DNA of 64,000 nt from Candidatus Krumholzibacteriia bacterium (GTDB lineage: Bacteria; Krumholzibacteriota; Krumholzibacteriia; LZORAL124-64-63), in assembly GCA_035447065.1 (NCBI GenBank), contig DAOTGJ010000012.1, positions 18,189 through 82,188 on the forward strand. Direction: 5' to 3'. Shown piece after piece: positions 56,562 through 64,000 of this stretch. The notes under the pieces were generated by a model. The model did not search any database. It saw nothing but the letters and a program-made list of their open reading frames with translations, and was not told the origin of the DNA. The position numbers and the translations under genes were made by a program. Positions within the stretch are counted from its first letter, which is position 1. The number at the start of each line of letters is the position of its first letter.

Positions 56562-59318
56562 TTGAAGCTCATCGTCGTGGAGTCGCCCGCCAAGGCCCGC
56601 ACCATCGAGAAGTTCCTGGGCAAGGACTACAAGGTGGCGGCCAGCTACGGCCACATCCGGGACCTGCCCGGCACCGCCTCGGAGATCCCCGCGCGCTACA
56701 AGGACGAGCCCTGGGCCCGGCTCGGCGTGAACCCCGACGACGACTTCGCCCCCGTCTACGTGGTCTCCCGCGAGAGCAAGAAGCACGTGGCGGAGCTGAA
56801 GAAGCTGCTGAAGCAGGCCGACGAGCTCCTGCTCGCCACCGATGAGGACCGCGAGGGGGAGGCCATCAGCTGGCACATCCTCGAGGAGCTCCAGCCCCGG
56901 GTGCCGGTGCGGCGCATCACCTTCCACGAGATCACCAAGGGCGCCATCCAGCGCGCCCTGGAGCAGCCCCGGGACGTGGACGATGCCCTGGTGCGCGCCC
57001 AGGAGAGCCGCCGCATCCTGGACCGGCTCTTCGGCTACACCCTCTCGCCCGTGCTCTGGAAGCGCGTGCGCACCAAGCTCAGCGCCGGACGCGTGCAGAG
57101 CGCGGCCCTGCGCCTGGTGGTGGAGCGCGAGGAGGAGCGCCTGGCCTTCCGCTCGGCGGTGTACTGGGACGTGGACGCCGTGCTGGGCGCAGGGACCACG
57201 GAGTTCGAGGCGCGGCTGACCGACGTGGACGGCCGGCGCGTGGCCCAGGGCAAGGATTTCGATCCGGCCGACGGCACGCTCAAGAACGCCGCCAAGGTGG
57301 CGCACCTGGACAAGGACGCGGCCGACGCCATCACCGCCGGCGCCAAGAGCGCGCCCTGGACCGTGGCGCAGGTGGAGCGGAAGGAGGCCCGCAAGCGGCC
57401 GTCGCCTCCGTTCACCACCTCCACGCTGCAGCAGGCCGCCAGCTCGCGCCTGGGCATGACGCCGCGGCGCGCCATGCAGACGGCCCAGCGGCTGTACGAG
57501 GGCATCGAGCTGGGCGGCGGCGAGCGCACGGGTCTGATCACCTACATGCGCACCGACTCGCTGACCATGAGCGAGGAGGCCCTGGCCAAGGCCGAGGCCG
57601 TGATCCGCGCCACCTGGGGCGACCGCTACACCGACGGCCCCCGCCGCTACCGCACCCAGAGCAAGGGCGCCCAGGAGGCCCACGAGGCCATCCGTCCCAC
57701 GGACATGGCGCGCACCCCGGAGATGGTGGCCGGCCGCCTGGACAAGGACGAGCTGGCCCTCTACCGCCTGGTCTGGCAGCGGGCCATGGCCTCCCAGATG
57801 ACCGACGCCCTGCTGGACCGCACCACCGCGGACTTCACGGTGCAGGCCGCGGGCCAGGCCTGCGTGTTCCGCGCCAACGGCTCGGTGGTGCGCTTCCCCG
57901 GCTTCCTGGCCGTGACCGGCGGCGGACAGGGGGAGACGCTCCTGCCGCCCCTGGCCGAGGGCGACCGCGTGGCGCCTCTGGGCGAGCCCGCCGGCGAGGG
58001 CCTGGCCCTGCGCGACGTGACGTCCGAGGTCCACGAGACCGCGCCCCCTTCGCGCTTCACCGAGGCCTCGCTCATCAAGCGCATGGAGGAGGCCGGCATC
58101 GGCCGGCCCTCCACCTACGCGCCCACCATCTCCACGCTCCAGAACCGCGAGTACGTGGTCAAGCGCGGCGGCGCCCTGGTGCCCACCTACGTGGGCATGG
58201 CCGTGCTGCGCCTGCTGCGGGAACACTTCGACCACTACGTGGACCTGGGCTTCACCGCGCGCATGGAGAACGAGCTGGACGCCATCGCCGACGGCAAGAT
58301 GGACTGGCTCAGCTTCCTGCGCACCTTCTACCACGGCGGCGGCGAGGAGACCGGGCTGCTGCGCGAGGTGGACGCCGGCATGGACGTCATCGCCTACCCC
58401 AACATCCCGGTGGGCGAGCTGCCGGACACGGGGGAGCCGCTCACGGTGCGCATCGGCCGCAGCAACGCCTACCTGCAGGCCGGCGACGGCGACGACGCCC
58501 GCCGCGTGACGCTGCCCGTGGACCTGTTCATCGACGAGCTCACGCCGGAGAAGGCCGGAGACCTGCTGGAGGCGCGCGCCCGGTCGGACCAGCCCCTGGG
58601 CGAGGATCCGGAGACCGGCGAACGCATCTACGTGAAGACGGGCCCCTTCGGACCCTACCTGCAGCTCGGCGAGACCAGGGACGACGGCCCCAAGCCCAAG
58701 CGCGTGAGCCTGGGCCGCGGCACCGATCCCCACGACGTGGACCTGGAGACCGCCCTGCGCCTGCTGTCGCTGCCGCGGGTCATCGGCGAGCACCCGGAGA
58801 CGGGCAAGAAGGTGCGCGCGGGCCTGGGCCGCTTCGGGCCCTACGTGGAGCACGACAAGATCTACGCCAGCGTGGCCAGCGCGGACCTGCTCTTCAGCAT
58901 CACGCTGGAGCAGGCCCTGGAGGCCATCGCCAACAAGAACCGCAAGCCGGTGCTGAAGGACGTGGGCCGCCACCCGGAGACCGACGCGCCGATCCAGGTG
59001 CTCAAGGGCCGCTACGGTCCCTACGTGACCGACGGCAAGGTCAACGCCACCCTGCGCGACGCCGACGATCTGGACGCCCTGACCGTGGACGCGGCGCTGG
59101 TCCTGCTGGCGGAGGCGGCGCAGCGCAAGGGCAAGAAGACCACCAAGAAGAAGACGGCGAAGAAGAAGGTCGCCAAGACCGCCAAGAAGACCGCGAAGAA
59201 GTCGACCGCGACCAAGAAGACGACGGCGAAGAAGGCCCCGGCCAAGAAGACCGCCGCCAAGAAGACGACGGCCAAGAAGTCGACCGCCAAGAAGACCACC
59301 CGCAAGAGCGGGGCCTGA
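56562..59318 (+). CDS. topA: DNA topoisomerase I (TopA) with Lys/Ala/Thr-rich C-terminal tail
   Basis: Toprim (KLIVVESPAKARTIEKFLGKDYKVAASYGHIRDL) and topo IA catalytic core. C-terminal about 60 aa KKTxAKK repeats. Confidence 0.9.
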   Translation: MKLIVVESPAKARTIEKFLGKDYKVAASYGHIRDLPGTASEIPARYKDEPWARLGVNPDDDFAPVYVVSRESKKHVAELKKLLKQADELLLATDEDREGEAISWHILEELQPRVPVRRITFHEITKGAIQRALEQPRDVDDALVRAQESRRILDRLFGYTLSPVLWKRVRTKLSAGRVQSAALRLVVEREEERLAFRSAVYWDVDAVLGAGTTEFEARLTDVDGRRVAQGKDFDPADGTLKNAAKVAHLDKDAADAITAGAKSAPWTVAQVERKEARKRPSPPFTTSTLQQAASSRLGMTPRRAMQTAQRLYEGIELGGGERTGLITYMRTDSLTMSEEALAKAEAVIRATWGDRYTDGPRRYRTQSKGAQEAHEAIRPTDMARTPEMVAGRLDKDELALYRLVWQRAMASQMTDALLDRTTADFTVQAAGQACVFRANGSVVRFPGFLAVTGGGQGETLLPPLAEGDRVAPLGEPAGEGLALRDVTSEVHETAPPSRFTEASLIKRMEEAGIGRPSTYAPTISTLQNREYVVKRGGALVPTYVGMAVLRLLREHFDHYVDLGFTARMENELDAIADGKMDWLSFLRTFYHGGGEETGLLREVDAGMDVIAYPNIPVGELPDTGEPLTVRIGRSNAYLQAGDGDDARRVTLPVDLFIDELTPEKAGDLLEARARSDQPLGEDPETGERIYVKTGPFGPYLQLGETRDDGPKPKRVSLGRGTDPHDVDLETALRLLSLPRVIGEHPETGKKVRAGLGRFGPYVEHDKIYASVASADLLFSITLEQALEAIANKNRKPVLKDVGRHPETDAPIQVLKGRYGPYVTDGKVNATLRDADDLDALTVDAALVLLAEAAQRKGKKTTKKKTAKKKVAKTAKKTAKKSTATKKTTAKKAPAKKTAAKKTTAKKSTAKKTTRKSGA
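59140..59315 (+). repeat. in-frame tandem codon repeats encoding the Lys/Ala/Thr-rich C-terminal tail of TopA
   Basis: Repeating aag-aag-acc/acg-gcc/gcg units translate to KKTTKKKTAKKKVAKTAKKTAKKSTATKKTTAKKAPAKKTAAKKTTAKKSTAKKTTRK. Confidence 0.5.
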
Positions 59319-59323
59319 CCCGC

Positions 59324-60700
59324 GTGGCCGGCCGCGATCTCGCACCCGTCCACGTGGTGGGCGGCGGTCTCGCGGGCAGCGAGGCCGCGCTGCAGCTCGC
59401 GGGGTTCGGCCTGTCCGTGATCCTGCACGAGATGCGGCCCGTGCGCGCCACGCCGGTGCACCGCGGCGGGGATCTGGCCCAGATCGTCTGCAGCAACTCC
59501 CTGAAGTCCACCGAGCCCACCACCGCGTCGGGCGCCTTCAAGACCGAGCTCGGCCGCCTGGGCTGCCGCCTCCTGGAGCTGGCGGCCCGGGAGGCCGTGC
59601 CCGCCGGATCGGCCCTGGCCGTGGACCGCGAGCGCTTCTCCGCGCGGGTGGCCGCCGCCCTGGCCGCCGCGCCCGGCGTGGAGCTGCGCCGCGAGCCCGT
59701 GGACGCCCTGCCGCGCGCGTCAGCGAGCCCGTGGATCGTGGCCACCGGCCCGTTGACCGACGACGCCCTGCGCGAGGACCTGGGCCGCCTCACCGGCTCC
59801 GCGGGGCTGCACTTCTACGACGCCATCGCGCCCACGGTCACCCTGGAGTCCCTGGACCAGACGCGCCTCTACCGCGCCGCCCGCTACGACCGCGGCGAGG
59901 CCGACTACCTGAACATCCCCCTGGACCGCGACCAGTACCGGGCCTTCGTGGCCGAGCTGCTGGCCGCCGAGCGTGCGGGGGTGCAGGAGTTCGACCGCAG
60001 CGAGCTCTTCGAGGGCTGCATGCCCGTGGAGGAGATCGCCGCCAGCGGCCCCGACACCCTCGCCTTCGGCCCCCTGCGTCCGGTGGGCCTGCGCGATCCC
60101 GGCACCGGCCGCCAGCCCCACGCCGTGGTGCAGCTCCGTCAGGAGAACGCCGAGGGCACGCTCTACGGCCTGGTGGGCTTCCAGACGCGGCTGAAGCAGG
60201 GGGAGCAGCGCCGCGTGTTCCGCGCCCTGCCGGGACTGCAGAACGCGGAGTTCGTGCGCTACGGCCAGCTCCACCGCAACTTCTACCTGGATACGCCGCG
60301 CGTGCTGGCGCCGGACTTCTCCCTGCCCGCGCACCCGCACCTGCGCTTCGCGGGGCAGATCACGGGGGTGGAGGGGTACGTGGAGTCCATCGCCTCGGGC
60401 CTGTGGACCGCGTGGCGCACCGCCGCGGACGTCCTGGGCCTGGCGCTGCCGCCCCTGCCGCCCACCACCCTGCTCGGCGCGCTCCTGGAGGGCTTCCTCC
60501 GCGACGACACCAGCAGCCGGCTCGCGCCCATGAACGTGCACTTCGGCCTGCTGCCCCGCCTGACCGACGGCCCCCGCGGCCGACGCGGCAAGCACGACCG
60601 CAAGCTCATCCTGACCGGCCGCGCCACGGCGGATCTGGACGCCTGGCTCGCCCACCCGCAGGTGCGCCGTCTGCTGGACCGGCGGGCCGGCGGGTGCTAG
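59324..60700 (+). CDS. trmFO: methylenetetrahydrofolate--tRNA-(uracil54-C5)-methyltransferase TrmFO (Gid)
   Basis: FAD-binding [10 protein letters not shown] and conserved IVCSNSLKS catalytic Cys region. Confidence 0.9.
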   Translation: MAGRDLAPVHVVGGGLAGSEAALQLAGFGLSVILHEMRPVRATPVHRGGDLAQIVCSNSLKSTEPTTASGAFKTELGRLGCRLLELAAREAVPAGSALAVDRERFSARVAAALAAAPGVELRREPVDALPRASASPWIVATGPLTDDALREDLGRLTGSAGLHFYDAIAPTVTLESLDQTRLYRAARYDRGEADYLNIPLDRDQYRAFVAELLAAERAGVQEFDRSELFEGCMPVEEIAASGPDTLAFGPLRPVGLRDPGTGRQPHAVVQLRQENAEGTLYGLVGFQTRLKQGEQRRVFRALPGLQNAEFVRYGQLHRNFYLDTPRVLAPDFSLPAHPHLRFAGQITGVEGYVESIASGLWTAWRTAADVLGLALPPLPPTTLLGALLEGFLRDDTSSRLAPMNVHFGLLPRLTDGPRGRRGKHDRKLILTGRATADLDAWLAHPQVRRLLDRRAGGC

Positions 60701-60720
60701 GGTCGCGCCCGGAGGTATCC

Positions 60721-61689
60721 GTGGACCCCTGCGACCGTTTCCTGCGTCATCTCAGCGTGGAGAAGGGCGCGAGCCCGCGCACCGTGGCCGCCTACGGCCG
60801 CGACCTGGCCGCGTTCCTGGCCGACGTGCGCGAGCACGCGGGCTGGGAGGATTCCGCACCCGACGCCTGGTCCCGCCTGGCCGACGACCGCGTCCTGCTG
60901 CGCGGCCACCTGGCCCGCCTGCGCCGCGCCGGCCGCGCGCCCTCCACCGTGGACCGCAAGCTGGCCGCCGTGCGCGCCTTCTTCCGTTTCCTGGTGCTGG
61001 ACGGCCGCCTGACGGCGCTGCCCGAGGCCGCGGGCCGCACCGCCGGGGGAGGCCGACGCCGCCCGCTGCCCCACCAGCTGTCCGAGGAGACCGTGGACCA
61101 GCTCCTGGCCCTGCCGGACGCGTCCACGCCCCGCGGCCGCCGCGACCGCGCCCTGCTGGAGATGATCTACGGCCTGGGCCTGCGCCTCTCGGAGGTGGTG
61201 GGTCTGGACCTGAGCCATCTGGACGTGCCGGACGAGCGCGTGCGCGTGCTGGGCAAGGGCGACAAGGAGCGCCTGCTGCCGCTGCTGGGCGCCACGGTGG
61301 CGGCCCTGCGGCCATGGCTGGAGGACCTCCTGGAACCGCGCGACCTGCAGGACCTGCTGGACGGCCGCCTCAGCGGCGCCCGCGCCGCGCGGCCCCTGTT
61401 CACCGGCCGCCGCGACCGCCGCATCAGCCCGCGCACCGTGCAGGCCCTGGTGGCCCGCTACGCCGGGGAACTGGCCGGCCTGCGGGGCGTTTCCCCGCAC
61501 GTCCTGCGCCACAGCTTCGCCACGCACCTGCTGGACGGCGGCGCCGGGATCCGCGTGGTCCAGGAGCTGCTGGGCCACGAGCACCTGGCCACCACCCAGA
61601 TCTACACCCACCTCTCGCGCGCCCGCCTGCGCGAGGAGTTCCTCAAGGCCCACCCGCGCGCGCGCGGCGGGGCGACGGGAGACCGATGA
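60721..61689 (+). CDS. xerC: site-specific tyrosine recombinase XerC/CodV
   Basis: GTG start with GGAGGT Shine-Dalgarno. Integrase core with R...HxxR...Y catalytic residues ([10 protein letters not shown]...TQIYTHL). Confidence 0.8.
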   Translation: MDPCDRFLRHLSVEKGASPRTVAAYGRDLAAFLADVREHAGWEDSAPDAWSRLADDRVLLRGHLARLRRAGRAPSTVDRKLAAVRAFFRFLVLDGRLTALPEAAGRTAGGGRRRPLPHQLSEETVDQLLALPDASTPRGRRDRALLEMIYGLGLRLSEVVGLDLSHLDVPDERVRVLGKGDKERLLPLLGATVAALRPWLEDLLEPRDLQDLLDGRLSGARAARPLFTGRRDRRISPRTVQALVARYAGELAGLRGVSPHVLRHSFATHLLDGGAGIRVVQELLGHEHLATTQIYTHLSRARLREEFLKAHPRARGGATGDR

Positions 61690-62234
61690 CATCACTGCAC
61701 GCCACCACGGTGCTGGCCGTCCTGCGCGACGGCAAGGGCGCCATCGGCAGCGACGGCCAGGTGACCCTGGGCAACACCGTCGTCAAGAACGGGGCCGTGA
61801 AGGTCCGCACCCTCTTCAACGGCCAGGTGCTGGCGGGCTTCGCCGGCGGCGTGGCCGACGCCCTGACGCTCTTCGAGACCTTCGAGGGCCACCTGGAGCG
61901 CTACCGCGGCAACCTGCGCCGCGCCACGGTGGAGATGGCCCGCGAGTGGCGCAGCGACCGCGTGCTGCGGCGCCTGGAAGCCATGCTGGTGGTCATGGAC
62001 GCCCGCGAGATCTTCACGGTCAGCGGCAACGGCGACGTGCTGGAGGGCGACGGCGGCGTGACCGCCGTGGGCTCCGGCGCCCCGTACGCCCTGGCCGCGG
62101 CCCGTGCCCTCCACGCCCACACGCAGCTCCCCGCCGCGGACATCTGCCGCGAGGCCCTGACCCTGGCCGGCGAGATCTGCATCTACACCAACACCCGCAT
62201 CACGGTGCTGGAGCTGGAAGGGGGCGCGGCGTGA
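61686..62234 (+). CDS. hslV: ATP-dependent protease subunit HslV (CodW-like, with short N-terminal propeptide)
   Basis: [12 protein letters not shown]... aligns with Bacillus Cod[27 protein letters not shown] motif. ATGA overlap with xerC. Confidence 0.9.
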   Translation: MTSLHATTVLAVLRDGKGAIGSDGQVTLGNTVVKNGAVKVRTLFNGQVLAGFAGGVADALTLFETFEGHLERYRGNLRRATVEMAREWRSDRVLRRLEAMLVVMDAREIFTVSGNGDVLEGDGGVTAVGSGAPYALAAARALHAHTQLPAADICREALTLAGEICIYTNTRITVLELEGGAA

Positions 62235-63586
62235 ACCTGCTGACCTCGGGGGAGTCGTCCACCTGGACCTGCCGCGCCATCGTGGCCCAGCTGGACCGCT
62301 GGATCATCGGCCAGGACGACGCCAAGCGCGCCGTGGCCATCGCCCTGCGCAACCGCTGGCGGCGGCTGCGCCTGGATCCGGAGACGGCGCGGGAGATCGT
62401 GCCCAACAACATCATCATGATCGGGCCCACGGGCGTGGGGAAGACGGAGATCGCGCGGCGGCTGAGCCAGATCGCCGGGCTGCCCTTCGTGAAGGTGGAG
62501 GCCACCAAGTTCACGGAGAAGGGCTACGTGGGGCGCGACGTGGACTCCATGGTGCGCGACCTGGTGGAGGACGGCATCGCCCTGCTGCGGCGGCGCAAGG
62601 AGGAGGAGCTGCGCGAGGAGATCGACCGCGCGGTGGAGGAGAAGCTCATCGACGCCCTCTTCCCGCCCCTGGCCGTGGGCGACGATCCGGAACGCCAGCA
62701 GCGCTGGCAGCGCTCGCGCGACAAGATCCGCCAGCAGCTGCGCGACGGCGCCCTGGAGGACCGCGACGTCACCATCCGCACCACGGTGAGCAGCACGCCC
62801 ATCGCCAACATCTTCACCGCCGCGGGCGAGGAGATGGACGCCTCGTTCAGCGACGGCCTGGGCAGCCTGTTCCCCAAGAAGACCAAGGAGACCACCCAGC
62901 CGGTGGGCCAGGCGCGGCGGGTGCTGCGCGGCGAGGAGCTGGACCGGCGCGTGGACGCGGACCAGCTGGCGGCGCGGGCCATCGAGCTGACCGAGCAGGG
63001 CGGCATCGTGTTCATCGACGAGATCGACAAGATCGCCGGTTCGGGCAAGGGCGCCGGCGGCCCCGACGTGAGCCGCGAGGGCGTGCAGCGCGACCTGCTG
63101 CCGGTGGTGGAGGGCACCACCGTGAGCACCAAGTACGGGCCGGTGCGCACGGACCACGTGCTGTTCATCGCCGCGGGCGCCTTCCACCTGAGCAAGCCCA
63201 GCGACCTGATCCCGGAGCTGCAGGGCCGCTTCCCCATCCGCGTGGAACTTGCGAACCTGGATCGGGAGCATTACTTGCGGATCTTGAAGGAGACGGACGG
63301 GTCCCTGCTCAAGCAGTACACCGCCCTGCTGGCCGTGGACGGCTGCGCCCTGGAGTTCACCGACGACGCGGTGGACGCCATGGCGGGCATCGCCCACGAC
63401 CTGAACCGGAGCCTGGAGAACATCGGCGCCCGCCGGCTGCAGACCATCCTGGCGCAGCTGCTGGACGACGTGCTGTTCGCGGCGCCGGACCCCGACGCGC
63501 CCGGCGTCGTGGTGGACCGCGCCTTCGTGGAGAAGCACCTCGCCGTCATCGCGGCGGACGAGGACGTGAGCCGCTACATCCTCTAA
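62231..63586 (+). CDS. hslU: ATP-dependent protease ATPase subunit HslU
   Basis: AAA+ Walker A ([17 protein letters not shown]) and I-domain. GTGA overlap with hslV. Confidence 0.9.
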   Translation: MNLLTSGESSTWTCRAIVAQLDRWIIGQDDAKRAVAIALRNRWRRLRLDPETAREIVPNNIIMIGPTGVGKTEIARRLSQIAGLPFVKVEATKFTEKGYVGRDVDSMVRDLVEDGIALLRRRKEEELREEIDRAVEEKLIDALFPPLAVGDDPERQQRWQRSRDKIRQQLRDGALEDRDVTIRTTVSSTPIANIFTAAGEEMDASFSDGLGSLFPKKTKETTQPVGQARRVLRGEELDRRVDADQLAARAIELTEQGGIVFIDEIDKIAGSGKGAGGPDVSREGVQRDLLPVVEGTTVSTKYGPVRTDHVLFIAAGAFHLSKPSDLIPELQGRFPIRVELANLDREHYLRILKETDGSLLKQYTALLAVDGCALEFTDDAVDAMAGIAHDLNRSLENIGARRLQTILAQLLDDVLFAAPDPDAPGVVVDRAFVEKHLAVIAADEDVSRYIL

Positions 63587-63619
63587 GCCCGCGGACGCGC
63601 GCGTCCGCCAGGAGGCCCC

Positions 63620-64000
63620 ATGAGTCTCGGCAAGAAGGACTTCCTCTCCATCGCCGACCACACGTCGGAGGACCTGCGCCGCATCCTGGAGCTGGCCAAG
63701 GAGCAGAAGCCCCTGGCCCGCCGCCACGAGCTGCCGCACAGCCACCCCAACCGCACCCTGGCCTGCGTCTTCGCCAAGCCCAGCCTGCGCACGCGCATCA
63801 GCTTCGAGACGGCCATGATGCAGCTGGGCGGCCAGTCCCTGTTCATCACGGACAAGGAGATCGGCATGGGCAAGCGGGAGAGCGTGTACGACGTGGCCAA
63901 GGTCCTGAGCCGCTTCGTGGACGGCATCATGATCCGCTGGTTCAGCAACGACGAGGTCATCGAGCTCGCCAGGCACGCCGACGTGCCGGTGATCAACGGC
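63620..64000 (+). CDS. ornithine (or aspartate) carbamoyltransferase, N-terminal fragment; continues past window end
   Basis: Carbamoyl-phosphate binding motif (SLRTRISFE). N-terminal OTCase/ATCase-like fold. Truncated by the window edge. Confidence 0.55.
   Translation, partial: MSLGKKDFLSIADHTSEDLRRILELAKEQKPLARRHELPHSHPNRTLACVFAKPSLRTRISFETAMMQLGGQSLFITDKEIGMGKRESVYDVAKVLSRFVDGIMIRWFSNDEVIELARHADVPVING

Overview
Very GC-rich bacterial chromosome segment (around 70% GC by eye, with near-saturated GC at third codon positions). It is dominated by a large flagellar locus of about 37 kb. On the plus strand lie flgK(partial)-flgL-fliW-csrA; converging on them from the minus strand are fliC-fliD-fliS plus a small FliT-like ORF. 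flgM is transcribed divergently from fliC. Next come a FlrB/FlrC-like sensor kinase and sigma54 response regulator pair, a sigma54-driven secreted TPR-like protein with a FlgN-like ORF, and then a long operon in Bacillus/spirochete 'fla' order without any che genes: flgB-flgC-fliE-fliF-fliG-fliH-fliI-fliJ-ylxF-like-fliK-flgD-flgE-flbD-motA-motB-fliL-fliM-fliN-fliO | fliP-fliQ-fliR-flhB-flhA-flhF-like. This is followed by fliA (sigma28), two small unknown proteins and a FleQ-like sigma54 master activator. The rest of the window holds envelope genes (FadL/PorV-like OMP, MltD-like lipoprotein transglycosylase, GGDEF cyclase, ComEC, an M6-type metalloprotease with a T9SS-type C-terminal sorting domain, an Slt-like transglycosylase), then purC-purH-guaA, secA, and a Firmicutes-like topA-trmFO-xerC-hslV-hslU block, ending in a partial carbamoyltransferase gene. 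By eye I find consensus-like sigma54 promoters upstream of flgM, the TPR/FlgN pair, fliP (internal to the operon) and fliA, and a weaker one before flgB. The divergently transcribed flagellin gene carries a sigma28-type -10 element and GGA-containing hairpins in its leader, consistent with the encoded FliW-CsrA partner-switch. The most unusual points are an FlhF-like protein with degenerate GTPase motifs and no FlhG partner, C-terminal extensions on FliA, FliS and CsrA, the two small uncharacterised proteins after fliA, and T9SS-type cargo/PorV-like hallmarks in a flagellated high-GC organism. No CRISPR array, tRNA, rRNA or obvious mobile element was found. Many very long antisense ORFs in the six-frame track are GC-driven shadow ORFs and are rejected.
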